Shown here: positions 39,863 to 49,627 of the stretch, in pieces
Layout: each line of letters opens with the position of its first letter
Position numbering within the stretch: position 1 is the stretch's first letter
DNA from: Candidatus Heimdallarchaeota archaeon
Lineage (GTDB): Archaea > Asgardarchaeota > Heimdallarchaeia > JABLTI01
Assembly (NCBI GenBank): GCA_019058275.1
Contig: JAHLVW010000050.1
Coordinates: 12,834-76,833 of the forward strand
Reading direction: 5' to 3'
DNA length: 64,000 nucleotides
The notes under the pieces: generated by a model
What the model was told of the DNA's origin: nothing
Seen by the model: only the letters and a program-made list of their open reading frames with translations
The model's database searches: none
Translations under genes and position numbers: made by a program

Positions 39863-41254
39863 ATGTTGGTGTTAAAGAAAGTGGTACTTGACAGCATTAA
39901 ATCCTTTGTAATAAAACAAAGAATGAGACAAATAAGAAAAGAGCTTTCAGATATCAATCTAGAGAAAGTAGAAAAACAAATAGCTAATGTTAATTGGCGT
40001 ACAATTAATGCTTTTAAGAAATTTAATATTATAAAAGAACTCAAACATAGTGCTGAAAATTCTCCCTATTATCGAGATAAAATCCCAGAACTCATTAAAG
40101 GGATTAACTACAAGAATGCATTATCAATTATTCCTAAATTACCTTTTACAACTTCAGCAGAAGTCTCAGTTAATTCAAAACAATTCCTTGCGGTGCCTAA
40201 ATCTGAAGTTGCAGGATTGCATTTCACCTATGGCACAACTGGTGGTAAAAAAACTATCTATAATACAAAAAGAGATCTTAATTTAATCAATTATAGTTAC
40301 ACTTTGGGTTTCATCAATTGTGGTATAGAGAAGAAGGACATTGCTCAAATTGTTTATTCATTTGGTGTATGGCAATTAGCTGAATACATACTAAGTGCTC
40401 TTAGATCAGTAGGGATAATTACTATTCCAACAGGTAACTATGTTAGTTTTCAAGATCAAGAAGAGTATATTGAAAAATTTGGTACTAATGTTATTTTTGG
40501 CACTCCTTCTTATGTTTATAATCTATCAAGAGAGATAGATCTTTCAACTAAGGTAAAGGCAAATATGAAAGCTATACTTGTAGGTGGTGAAGGACTGCCT
40601 GAGCACCGAAGAAAGGTCATTGAAGAAAAGCTTGGGGGTGAAGTTTTCATAAACTATGGGTTAAATGAATTTGGTGGGGGTATTGGTTCTGAATGTAAAT
40701 GCCATAATGGTTATCACATCTTCCCAAATGTTATTTATGAAATAATAGATCCAAAAACTACTGAACCTGTTGAAAGGGAGGAATATGGTGAGCTAGTTTT
40801 GACTTCTCTACGAAGAGAAGCTATGCCTTTGATTAGATATCGTACTGGTGATATTACAAGAATAATTGATGGTGAATGTGATTGTGGTTTAAAGCTTCCT
40901 CGCATTGATCAGCTTAAAGGAAGAACAGATGACAGAGTAGTAATCGGAGCAGCAGAGAAATACTACCCTATAGTTTTTGATAAGCTATTTGATTCAGTTG
41001 ATGAAATTAAAGACTATTGGATTGAAGTTGTTAGTGAAAATGATAGAGATTCATTAAAAACATATATTTCTGCGAGAAAACCATCAGAGAAGCTTAAAGC
41101 TAAAATTCTTGAAAAATTCTACTCACTTGATTCACTTAAAATAGATATTGAAACTACGAAGACTGTTAATAAGCCAGAAATCATTTTCATTGACAAATTG
41201 CCCAATAGTGCTAAAAGAAGAAGATTAGTTGATAAACGAAAGTTCAAAACGTGA
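39863..41254 (+). CDS. Phenylacetate-CoA ligase (PaaK)-like adenylating enzyme
   Basis: SPYYR, LPFTT, TYGTTG, GTPSY, YGLNE, MPLIRYRTGD, GRTDD. Confidence 0.82.
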   Translation: MLVLKKVVLDSIKSFVIKQRMRQIRKELSDINLEKVEKQIANVNWRTINAFKKFNIIKELKHSAENSPYYRDKIPELIKGINYKNALSIIPKLPFTTSAEVSVNSKQFLAVPKSEVAGLHFTYGTTGGKKTIYNTKRDLNLINYSYTLGFINCGIEKKDIAQIVYSFGVWQLAEYILSALRSVGIITIPTGNYVSFQDQEEYIEKFGTNVIFGTPSYVYNLSREIDLSTKVKANMKAILVGGEGLPEHRRKVIEEKLGGEVFINYGLNEFGGGIGSECKCHNGYHIFPNVIYEIIDPKTTEPVEREEYGELVLTSLRREAMPLIRYRTGDITRIIDGECDCGLKLPRIDQLKGRTDDRVVIGAAEKYYPIVFDKLFDSVDEIKDYWIEVVSENDRDSLKTYISARKPSEKLKAKILEKFYSLDSLKIDIETTKTVNKPEIIFIDKLPNSAKRRRLVDKRKFKT

Positions 41255-41261
41255 GAACTGA

Positions 41262-41894
41262 ATGAATAGGTCAGTCAAGATGAAAAAAGGTGTTAAAATT
41301 ACCCTAATAGTACTTAGTTCAATTTTAATAGTAACAGGAATTATAATTCCAACACTACCTTTTATGATGAAATGGGATCCAGCTTATGGCACTCCTGTTC
41401 TTGAGTTTCCTTTTGAAAATCCTGATGATATTATTTGGCTAAGAGGTTATAATCTCATAGAGGAAGAATCTGATGGAGGGCATCATATAGGCATCGATCT
41501 TGAGATTGAAAATGCTTCAACAGTGATTTCCCCTTGTACTGGAACAGTCGGATTGATTAGCTCATCAATAAACACAAACAAAGGACATATCATGATTAGT
41601 ATAAATATTAGAATAAATCTTGTATGGTCAATTATGCTTGTTTTCGAACCATATTCAAATTCCACTGAATTTCACGAAACTCAATTATCCAATATCTATG
41701 TCAAATCTGGACAAAGAGTTGAAGTGGGGGATGAAATTGGCATTCTTCTCAACGGTGGCGAATTTCCACACATACATTTCACTGTAAGAAAATATTTCAA
41801 AGATGTTTGTCCATTTGACTATTCTTCAGATGAATCGAAGGCAGCGTTTCTTGAGATAGCAGAACGGACCAATAGTACAATTTGCTATCCTTAA
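41262..41894 (+). CDS. Membrane-anchored M23-family metallopeptidase-like protein
   Basis: N-terminal TM; HIGID (HxxxD), VKSGQRVEVGDEIG, PHIHF (HxH). Confidence 0.75.
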   Translation: MNRSVKMKKGVKITLIVLSSILIVTGIIIPTLPFMMKWDPAYGTPVLEFPFENPDDIIWLRGYNLIEEESDGGHHIGIDLEIENASTVISPCTGTVGLISSSINTNKGHIMISINIRINLVWSIMLVFEPYSNSTEFHETQLSNIYVKSGQRVEVGDEIGILLNGGEFPHIHFTVRKYFKDVCPFDYSSDESKAAFLEIAERTNSTICYP

Positions 41895-41899
41895 ATTCG

Positions 41900-41928
41900 T
41901 AACTTTATAAATTACAATGATAAAGTTA
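41900..41928. promoter_or_regulatory. 9-bp inverted repeat between M23 stop and SRAP start (terminator or operator)
   Basis: TAACTTTAT-N11-ATAAAGTTA. Confidence 0.4.
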
Positions 41929-41980
41929 TGAATTAGAATAGCTATAATTTTACTATAAGTATTTCATGAGTTGATGTCCT

Positions 41981-42709
41981 TTGTGTGGAAGATTTGCTAG
42001 GTTTTCACCAGCCCATGTTTTTAGAATGCTCTTTCAATTAGATGAATTTGCTGATCTACCTCCACAGTATAACATTGCTCCCGGTCAAGATATTTACGCT
42101 GTGAGAGGAATTATCATGAGAGATGAACAAGCAAGAAGCGCTTCTACAGGAAGTTTCCAAAAGGAGGTTGCCCCTTTAAGATGGGGATTGATTCCCTTCT
42201 GGTCAAAAGAACCTAAGAGTGGTCCAATTAACGCTAGATCTGAAACGGTTACTGAAAAACCGACCTTTAAGGCATCATTTAAACAACGTCGTTGCTTAAT
42301 TCCAGCTGATGGTTTCTATGAATGGCAGAAAAAGAGCGAAGGACCCAAGCAACCCTTTTTCATTCATATGAAAGACAAAAAACCCTTTGCTTTAGCAGGC
42401 ATCTGGGATATTTGGAAAAATCTCGATGGAGACAAAATTGAATCTTGTTCTATTTTAACAACTGAGCCAAATGAAGTTGTTAAACCAATTCATAAACGCA
42501 TGCCCGTTATTATCGAACCCAAGAAATTTGATACTTGGTTAGATACCTCTAAACAGAACTTAGACGAAGCATTAGCTATGCTTAAACCATATGATGCAAA
42601 GGCAATGGAAGCACATACAGTCAATCTTTATGTTAATAGCCCAAGTAACAAAGGAGAGAAATGCATCGAAGAGTTCCATGAGAAATACAAACAGCAGAAA
42701 TTATTCTGA
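41981..42709 (+). CDS. SOS response-associated peptidase (SRAP/YedK/HMCES family, abasic-site protector)
   Basis: MCGRF with catalytic Cys2, YNIAP, WGLIP, NARSET, RRCLIPADGFYEW, IHKRMP; C-terminal QQKLF. Confidence 0.95.
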   Translation: MCGRFARFSPAHVFRMLFQLDEFADLPPQYNIAPGQDIYAVRGIIMRDEQARSASTGSFQKEVAPLRWGLIPFWSKEPKSGPINARSETVTEKPTFKASFKQRRCLIPADGFYEWQKKSEGPKQPFFIHMKDKKPFALAGIWDIWKNLDGDKIESCSILTTEPNEVVKPIHKRMPVIIEPKKFDTWLDTSKQNLDEALAMLKPYDAKAMEAHTVNLYVNSPSNKGEKCIEEFHEKYKQQKLF

Positions 42710-42915
42710 ACAGCTGATTTTTCGAAAAATTTTTCCACGGAATTAAAGCATTCCATGCATTTCTGTCGACAAAAATACTTGCAGTTACCCCTCTCACTTT
42801 GAGTCTTTTATTTATTAGAAAATGGACTGTATATTCTTCGAAATTGAACTGAGGATTGTGTTAACACCACTTGAATCTGGAGAAAGGAGCAATTTAACCG
42901 GAGACCACGGAGACT

Positions 42916-45840
42916 GTGAACCAAAAACAAGAGGTTAGGTTCTTACTGACTGACCTTGATTACAAGATACCAGAAGAAGAGGGTCAGCTGCCTGTGATTA
43001 TACTATATGGGAAAACAAAAGATGCTCAAGTTCTTGTAAAGGTTCGAGGTTTTATACCCTATCTCTATATGAAGAAGAATAAAGATATTGAGTTTGTCAT
43101 ACAAAATGACCCACTAATCAGCCGTTGGCAGAAAGGAATGGAAGAAGTCACTCTAAGACGATACTTCTGGGCTGGTGAAAGATTGAAACTCATCAAGTTG
43201 TATGGAGTAAACCCTCGAGAGATTAATTCCATTGGAAGAGAATTAGAGAAGCTGGGTCTCGAAACGTTTGAAACTGATATTCCTTATCTTAAACGATTTT
43301 TAATTGATAATAATATCAAATGCTTGAATGTGATAGCAGTAAAGGCCTCTAAAGTTGAACGAAGGGAGAAAGAACTTTATCTCGAAGCAAATTTCGAAGA
43401 TATCTACACGGTATCAGACTCAGAAATTACTACTCCTGTATTGTTCTACCCACTAAAGGTTATGGCTATCAATGTAAAGATTGCTCGAGATAATGAAACT
43501 GTTCAAGAATTATTACGGAAGAAGAATAGGCCAATCATTGCTATTAGTGCTATTTGGGGCACAAGCGCTAAACCAGAAAACGGTAAATTGTTTTTACTAC
43601 AAGAAAATTCAGAAGAGGGCGAAAAAAGGGTCATAATGGAGTTCATTAGCTTTCTTCAAGAGGTTCAACCAGATATCTTATGTACCTTTCAGGGAGACAG
43701 CTTTGATTTACCATATCTTTACCATCAGATGAATGTCTTGGGAATTCCTTCTTTCTTGTTATCATTATTTAGGGACGAACCAAGCTACTTCTCCAGACAG
43801 TTATTATCTTATCGAATGAAAGGAAGAATGTCTTTCGACCTTGCTTTGAGAACATGGGGTATTCATCCAGCTTCTGGCAAAAAAGGGTTGTACGATGTTT
43901 CAGAAGAGGTTCTCGGTAGAGGGAAATTTGGGATCAAGCAAGACAACAAATATGATTTCATCTCACATTCAACTGGACTTGGAGAAGCAAATGCAGACAT
44001 AGCAGTTTGGAGCCTCTGGAAGAGAGGGATATTTCACGGGGAAAAAGAAAGCTTAAGTTTACTAGCAAAACAATGTTTTTACGACTGCAAACTCATTTTT
44101 GATCTTTATTGGAAACTTGGGATGACTGGTTGGATTGAAACATTGCGAGTAACAGGTTTTCCAACTGCAGAAAGCAATAGCTGCACAGAACGTTTGAACG
44201 GAGAATTTGAACTGATGCGCTACATGCGCAGAAAGGGGATTTTGATACCAAATCGTCCAGATCCTAAACAAGTCGAAAAGAATAGAATAATTCGTGAAAT
44301 GCATCCCCATGAAGGAGGAACAGTTCTATATCCAAAAGGATCTCTTCACACAGGAGTTCTGATTGCTGATTTCAGATCAATGTATCCGAGTGTTATGATT
44401 GCTGAAAATATCGGAGGGGAAACCCTTAAGCAGTGGATAGAAGCGAGTGACTATGGCGATCCAAAGAAGCTGTTTGATAAGCAATCACGATCGTGTCTAT
44501 CAATTATGGAAGAAACATTGATTAGTAAAAGAATCCACAAGAAGGATGAAATAAAACGACTAACGAAGCTGCTAGAAGAAACAAGCAATCATGATGAAAA
44601 AAGAAAAATCCAAGATACAATTGGAATTCTCGAGAGAGAGCAAAACTCAATGAAAATAGTAGCGAATTCCATGTACGGAGCTCATTTTTACATTCGCAGT
44701 CGCTTCTATACTCAGACATTGGCGTCGGCTATTAGTGATAGCGCTAGAACATACCTTTTGGGCATCGAAGAGAGCCTTGAAGGTGTTTCCAAGAGAATCA
44801 CCCCTTGTGAGTTGATTTATGGAGATACTGACTCTACTTTTATCAAAATCCTAGATGAATCTATTTTCAATGAGATTTACGCTGAAACCAGTCTTGAGAA
44901 AAAAGAACGGCTCATAGGCAAGCTAATGCGCACTGTTAATTCGATTATTAAAGAGCTCAATAGCAAACTTCCAAATCCTCTCGAGTTAAAGTTTGAAGAC
45001 ATCGTTTATCGAGTTATCTTTAAACCAGATAGAAAGAAAGCCTACAGCTATGTCAGCCTTCTTACTGATGATTTCAAAGTCAAGGGGTTTGAAGCTGTTC
45101 GTTCTGATTGGTCCCCTCTTGCAAGAATCGCTCAAAGAAAAGTGTTGGACATTTTACTTCGGCATCCAAAAAACTCTCGAGATGGTGAGAGTGAGTTTCA
45201 AACTGCACGACAATTTTTGAGGGCACTTGGTGTAAAAGTGCTTCAAATGTCCACAGAAGAATTGCTTCCTAAAGTGGTAATTCTCTCACCTATTCGTCGC
45301 CCACCTAAAGATTACAAAGCAAAAGCACCTGCAGTCCAAGCTTTTGTCGATTTCGCCCGACGGGAGCAGCTACAAGCAGAGAAGGAATGGATGGACTACG
45401 ACAAGTTCCCATGGGTAATCATTGCTGGAGAAGGACTTGTTTATGATCGAACTAGGCATCCAAAATACGTAGAGGACATCGACCGAGAACACTATGTTAC
45501 CGAAATGCTTCGCTGTTGTGAAGATCTGAGGGTAAAAGTTTCTTTGAAAGAGGTCAAAGGAGCGCTTCCGGTTGGCAGATTAGATCACTTCTTTGAAAAT
45601 GCTCAAGATTTAAGAGCTGAAGAAGATGACAAACTGACAATTATTGTAGATGAGGATCAGCTCATGTTAGAAAAAGAAGAGTCAGTTATCATTGAGATCA
45701 TTAAACCAGTTCAAAAAGGTGAATTGGAATGGAAAAACAAAAGTAAAGGTATACGAAGGAACGTCAAAAGACAGCGAGCTGCTGGTCAAGCAGCTTTAAC
45801 GTTATATGCTAACTCTCCTGATGATCAGGTTGAAGAATAA
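42916..45840 (+). CDS. polB: Family B DNA polymerase with degenerate 3'-5' exonuclease
   Basis: Polymerase motifs ADFRSMYPS, KIVANSMYG, YGDTDS, KKAY, KGFEAVRSDW intact; ExoI reads AINVK instead of AFDIE. Confidence 0.92.
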   Translation: MNQKQEVRFLLTDLDYKIPEEEGQLPVIILYGKTKDAQVLVKVRGFIPYLYMKKNKDIEFVIQNDPLISRWQKGMEEVTLRRYFWAGERLKLIKLYGVNPREINSIGRELEKLGLETFETDIPYLKRFLIDNNIKCLNVIAVKASKVERREKELYLEANFEDIYTVSDSEITTPVLFYPLKVMAINVKIARDNETVQELLRKKNRPIIAISAIWGTSAKPENGKLFLLQENSEEGEKRVIMEFISFLQEVQPDILCTFQGDSFDLPYLYHQMNVLGIPSFLLSLFRDEPSYFSRQLLSYRMKGRMSFDLALRTWGIHPASGKKGLYDVSEEVLGRGKFGIKQDNKYDFISHSTGLGEANADIAVWSLWKRGIFHGEKESLSLLAKQCFYDCKLIFDLYWKLGMTGWIETLRVTGFPTAESNSCTERLNGEFELMRYMRRKGILIPNRPDPKQVEKNRIIREMHPHEGGTVLYPKGSLHTGVLIADFRSMYPSVMIAENIGGETLKQWIEASDYGDPKKLFDKQSRSCLSIMEETLISKRIHKKDEIKRLTKLLEETSNHDEKRKIQDTIGILEREQNSMKIVANSMYGAHFYIRSRFYTQTLASAISDSARTYLLGIEESLEGVSKRITPCELIYGDTDSTFIKILDESIFNEIYAETSLEKKERLIGKLMRTVNSIIKELNSKLPNPLELKFEDIVYRVIFKPDRKKAYSYVSLLTDDFKVKGFEAVRSDWSPLARIAQRKVLDILLRHPKNSRDGESEFQTARQFLRALGVKVLQMSTEELLPKVVILSPIRRPPKDYKAKAPAVQAFVDFARREQLQAEKEWMDYDKFPWVIIAGEGLVYDRTRHPKYVEDIDREHYVTEMLRCCEDLRVKVSLKEVKGALPVGRLDHFFENAQDLRAEEDDKLTIIVDEDQLMLEKEESVIIEIIKPVQKGELEWKNKSKGIRRNVKRQRAAGQAALTLYANSPDDQVEE

Positions 45841-46720
45841 CTTCTTTTATCTTTGGTCCTTCGCCTGTTAACTCTTTTATGAATTCCCTAGTTAATTCTA
45901 CTACGGGAGTATCATGTGCTGCTTTACTGCTTCCTAAATCAACAAATGTACAATTTAGCAAAGTATTTGCTACTCTTAAAGCAAAATCAGCTTCATGGAC
46001 TTTATCTAAGGATGCTCCAACTAGAATGAGACGTTGATTAATCTTTGGTAAAAGATCCCAACTATTATATTTGGCCATATCAAATATGACTTCTCGCAAT
46101 TTTCTTGGGTTGGCTTCTCCAATGGATCGCATATATGCTTCTGATTGTTCTGGCTCTCTCTTTCTATCTACCCAAATATATCCAAGTAAAAATAGCAATA
46201 AAGGTTTCACCATTCGGATAAAGAATATTGGTGTTATCTTAAACATAAAAATTAGCCATCTTGGATAATGAAATTCTACTCCTGGGCCAACAAGTACAGA
46301 TCCCAATGGAGTAATTGTTTGTGTAGCTAAATTTTCTAAAATTTGGGTTCCGCCTAAAGAGCTTGCAACACAAACATATTTTGTTTTGTCTAACCCAAGA
46401 GCTTTTTCTACATCGGAGAGATCTTCACTAATACGTTTTATTGTTACCTCAGCTTTTTTTACTAATTTACTTGATGTTTTTTCTCGGCTTTCAATATAGT
46501 ATACTTTGTAATTTTCGTTTAGTTCTTCTACAACCTTCTCCCATCGTGGAAACACTGTAACCATTCCAGGTATGAAGTAAATAGCAATATCTTCTTTGGG
46601 TTGTTTAACTTTATCAAAAATAAGCACATATAGTTCACTACCATCAGAAACTTTCACAAATTGCTCCTTTGCACTTCGTTCATATTCAGATTTTGTTTCC
46701 TTTGCTTTCTTTCGACCCAT
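45809..46720 (-). CDS. Alpha/beta hydrolase
   Basis: FIPGM oxyanion region, ASSLGG nucleophile elbow, GASLD, C-terminal AAHD. Confidence 0.78.
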   Translation of the reverse strand: MGRKKAKETKSEYERSAKEQFVKVSDGSELYVLIFDKVKQPKEDIAIYFIPGMVTVFPRWEKVVEELNENYKVYYIESREKTSSKLVKKAEVTIKRISEDLSDVEKALGLDKTKYVCVASSLGGTQILENLATQTITPLGSVLVGPGVEFHYPRWLIFMFKITPIFFIRMVKPLLLFLLGYIWVDRKREPEQSEAYMRSIGEANPRKLREVIFDMAKYNSWDLLPKINQRLILVGASLDKVHEADFALRVANTLLNCTFVDLGSSKAAHDTPVVELTREFIKELTGEGPKIKEVILQPDHQES

Positions 46721-46829
46721 CTTGATTACACCATCGTTATATTTTATTGGCTTTATCTGCTTTTACCTTTAAGAAATAAATATGTTATTCTAATTTGCAT
46801 AAGTTTTAGTTAGTTGGATGAATCGTTTC

Positions 46830-47861
46830 TTACCTAGACCTTTTCTTCTTTGTTTTTTCTTTCGCTGCTTCTAGAGCTTTTTGTCGTTTTTCTTTTTGAT
46901 GTTCCTCTGCTTCCTTTTCGTGTTTTGCTAGCCACATTAATGTAATATCTTCTATTGAGATTCCAGAAGTTTTAATGTCGATAAAGTTACCACTTTCAAT
47001 AACTCTATCATGAATATCACCTGCTTCTTTTTTACTGCCAGCAAAGAAACGACACATACTACCTATCATTTCATATCGAGGCCAAATATCTTCAGCTTCT
47101 TTCTTAGACATTTCACCTTTAGGGATAACCATGATATCAAACATATAATTGAATTCAGATTGGAGTTCAGACACGTCGATCATTCCTCGCACAGTGCCAC
47201 CTAATGCTATTAGAAGAATTTTATCACAGAGAACATCTACAACTTCGGGATCATGGTCAACAAGAACAAGTGTTCGCTCCCTCCCTTGTTTCTCTAGAAA
47301 GTCTAATACAACTTGTTTCCTACGAAAATCAATACCATTTGTAGGTTCATCTGCAAATAGTATTTCGGGATTCTTTTGCAAACCAACACATAATCTAGTT
47401 ATTGCTTTCTGTCCTTCGCTAAAAGTCTCAAGTTTTGTATTCCATAAATGATCTAATTGTAATTCCTCGATGAAATCTTTTGCTAAAGCCATATCTCCAT
47501 TTGTTACTTTTACGAAGAAATTGAGAGTTTGTTTTAATGTTAGTTTCTTTTGGAAATCCATAGCAGGTGATACAAAACTAATTCTCTTCCTAACTTCTTT
47601 TATTTCTTTAACTATGTCATATCCACAAACTTGTGCATCTCCACCATCTGGTGAATAGATAGTAGAAAGGGTTTTCAGCAAAGTAGTTTTTCCAGAACCA
47701 TTGGGACCAAGTAATGCGAGAGATAATCCCTTTGGTAAATCAAACGTTATGCCGTCAAGGATTCTCTTTTTACCAATAGTTACTCCATCCTTTTTTCGTG
47801 TGAACAGACTAGTAGGAAATTCTTTGATTAATCCGTCAGATTGAATAATTTGGTTTACCAT
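46830..47861 (-). CDS. ABC transporter ATP-binding protein
   Basis: GPNGSGKT, FSEGQ signature, ILFADEPT, H-loop. Confidence 0.92.
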   Translation of the reverse strand: MVNQIIQSDGLIKEFPTSLFTRKKDGVTIGKKRILDGITFDLPKGLSLALLGPNGSGKTTLLKTLSTIYSPDGGDAQVCGYDIVKEIKEVRKRISFVSPAMDFQKKLTLKQTLNFFVKVTNGDMALAKDFIEELQLDHLWNTKLETFSEGQKAITRLCVGLQKNPEILFADEPTNGIDFRRKQVVLDFLEKQGRERTLVLVDHDPEVVDVLCDKILLIALGGTVRGMIDVSELQSEFNYMFDIMVIPKGEMSKKEAEDIWPRYEMIGSMCRFFAGSKKEAGDIHDRVIESGNFIDIKTSGISIEDITLMWLAKHEKEAEEHQKEKRQKALEAAKEKTKKKRSR

Positions 47862-47873
47862 TTTTTGTCCTCC

Positions 47874-48806
47874 TTAATAAAACTCAATGGTTCCTCTCCT
47901 TCGAGCAATTTGAGTCATCCATTTCACAAAGAAGTAAGTGCCAACAGCAAATACAGCACAAACTGCTATGTTAATTAAAATCATATGACCATATGTCAGA
48001 CCTGCAAAGTCTGTTTTATCACTGAAAAATGAGACATCCGGGAATAGAGCTGATGTATCATGTTCGATAAGATATTTTCTGAATGCATATTGACCTGTTA
48101 CAATAGGTATACATACAGCAATTACAGGCCACCACCAACCAAATTGTGAGAAAAATTCAATCATGAAGAAATACCCTCCAATAATTCGAATAATGTATAG
48201 CATAATTCGAACAATTGTTGTAGTTTGTTTTACTAGTAAAGTTATAGACCCCATTAACAGACTAATGCACATCATGAATAAATAAGAAAAGAAGATTAAT
48301 GGTATTAGCATAAAGAACTCTTGAGCAGAATGTGGAAGAAGATTCATACCTAATTCTTCATTTTTTAATAATGCAAATGTTGGTAGAGTTGTTATAAGGA
48401 ATATTACAAAAAACTTCAAGCTTGATGATATGTATCTCCCAACCATTACTCCCAATGTATCAACATTATTTGTTATAAGATAACCCATTGTTCCACGAGC
48501 TGATTCCTCTCTTAAACAAAATGCTGTTTCCTCATAATTACCAGTAAACATTGTCCAATAGGCTGATGAAGTCAACAGAAACAATGAAAACGAATAATCA
48601 GGTGCAAAAGCACTATCACCTGAACCAACTGATAGACCAAGAAATCCATAAGCAACGAGATTAGTGATTGTCCATAAGAGTTGGATAACAATATCTGATT
48701 TGTATTGCCAATCAGTAATTAGATTTCTTTTAACAGTTGCTAATGTTACAACAAAAGTAGATGATAGAGCCCGTTCATGATTCGTATCTGATTTGAAAAC
48801 ACTCAC
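47874..48806 (-). CDS. ABC-2 type permease
   Basis: Six TMs, EESARGT, terminal ARRRGTIEFY; adjacent ATPase. Confidence 0.85.
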   Translation of the reverse strand: MSVFKSDTNHERALSSTFVVTLATVKRNLITDWQYKSDIVIQLLWTITNLVAYGFLGLSVGSGDSAFAPDYSFSLFLLTSSAYWTMFTGNYEETAFCLREESARGTMGYLITNNVDTLGVMVGRYISSSLKFFVIFLITTLPTFALLKNEELGMNLLPHSAQEFFMLIPLIFFSYLFMMCISLLMGSITLLVKQTTTIVRIMLYIIRIIGGYFFMIEFFSQFGWWWPVIAVCIPIVTGQYAFRKYLIEHDTSALFPDVSFFSDKTDFAGLTYGHMILINIAVCAVFAVGTYFFVKWMTQIARRRGTIEFY

Positions 48807-48999
48807 TATTTATCACTTCATTCACAATAATATTTCTCACTTCTCTCAGGTGAGGAGTTCTAACATGAACTACAGTATTATTGGGGGAAAAAAAGTTTGT
48901 GTATTTTTGCTAGGAGAATTGAGATATTAGACTAGCAATTGCACTCAATTTGATTTGTGTAATAAAAATAGAGTATAAATGAGTTGGTAAACTAGTTCC

Positions 49000-49440
49000 T
49001 TACCACTCATCATCATAATCTTCAGAGTCCCATTCGCCAGCATCAGATGGTAGTTCCCATTTTTCCTCATCCTCTAACCATAGCTCTGCATCAGATACCA
49101 TTTCAATTGGTTTAGTTTTCTTTGGTTTTGCTTTTGATTTCTTACTTTTAGTCTTTGATGCTCCTTTCTCAAGTCTTTCTTTAGTTTTAGCTGCCGCTTC
49201 TTTTGCTTTCTGTTTCTTAGCTGCAGGGGTTATCCAGCTAACTTTTACAGCAAATTCACCGCCTTTTTTAGTAGATACATACTCAATTACACAATTTAAT
49301 TTATTTTGTTTGAGATCTACTTCAAATTCGGATCCTTGCCAAATTATGTCTGGAATACTTTCATCTAAGGAATCTGAGAGCATCATGAATAGCTCAACAA
49401 GTGCTTCTTTGTTTACTTGCTTAGTCAGCGAATATTTCAC
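49000..49440 (-). CDS. amphi-Trp-like domain protein with basic then acidic Trp-rich tail
   Basis: Amphipathic N-helix (KEALVELFMMLSDSL), beta region ending EFAVKVSW. Confidence 0.5.
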   Translation of the reverse strand: MKYSLTKQVNKEALVELFMMLSDSLDESIPDIIWQGSEFEVDLKQNKLNCVIEYVSTKKGGEFAVKVSWITPAAKKQKAKEAAAKTKERLEKGASKTKSKKSKAKPKKTKPIEMVSDAELWLEDEEKWELPSDAGEWDSEDYDDEW

Positions 49441-49627
49441 TTTTTACCCACGTCCTTTTGAATAGCAGATTATTACAGAGCTTGTTTTTGTTTTCTGTAA
49501 TTTATACTTTACCATTGACTTCTTAAAATGTAAAAATTCTAGAGTATTTGCTTAAATATAACAGTTAAAATATAGAAAGTCTATATTTAAACATGTTAGT
49601 AGTAAATAAGTAATTGAACTCGAGGTT

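Noticed and set aside
42822-42938. 38-aa upstream ORF overlapping the polB start
   Set aside because: No RBS, motif or other support; plausible by chance.
42916-45840. Casposon or proviral polymerase
   Set aside because: No Cas1, integrase, capsid or terminal repeats nearby; I saw no protein-primed-type features.
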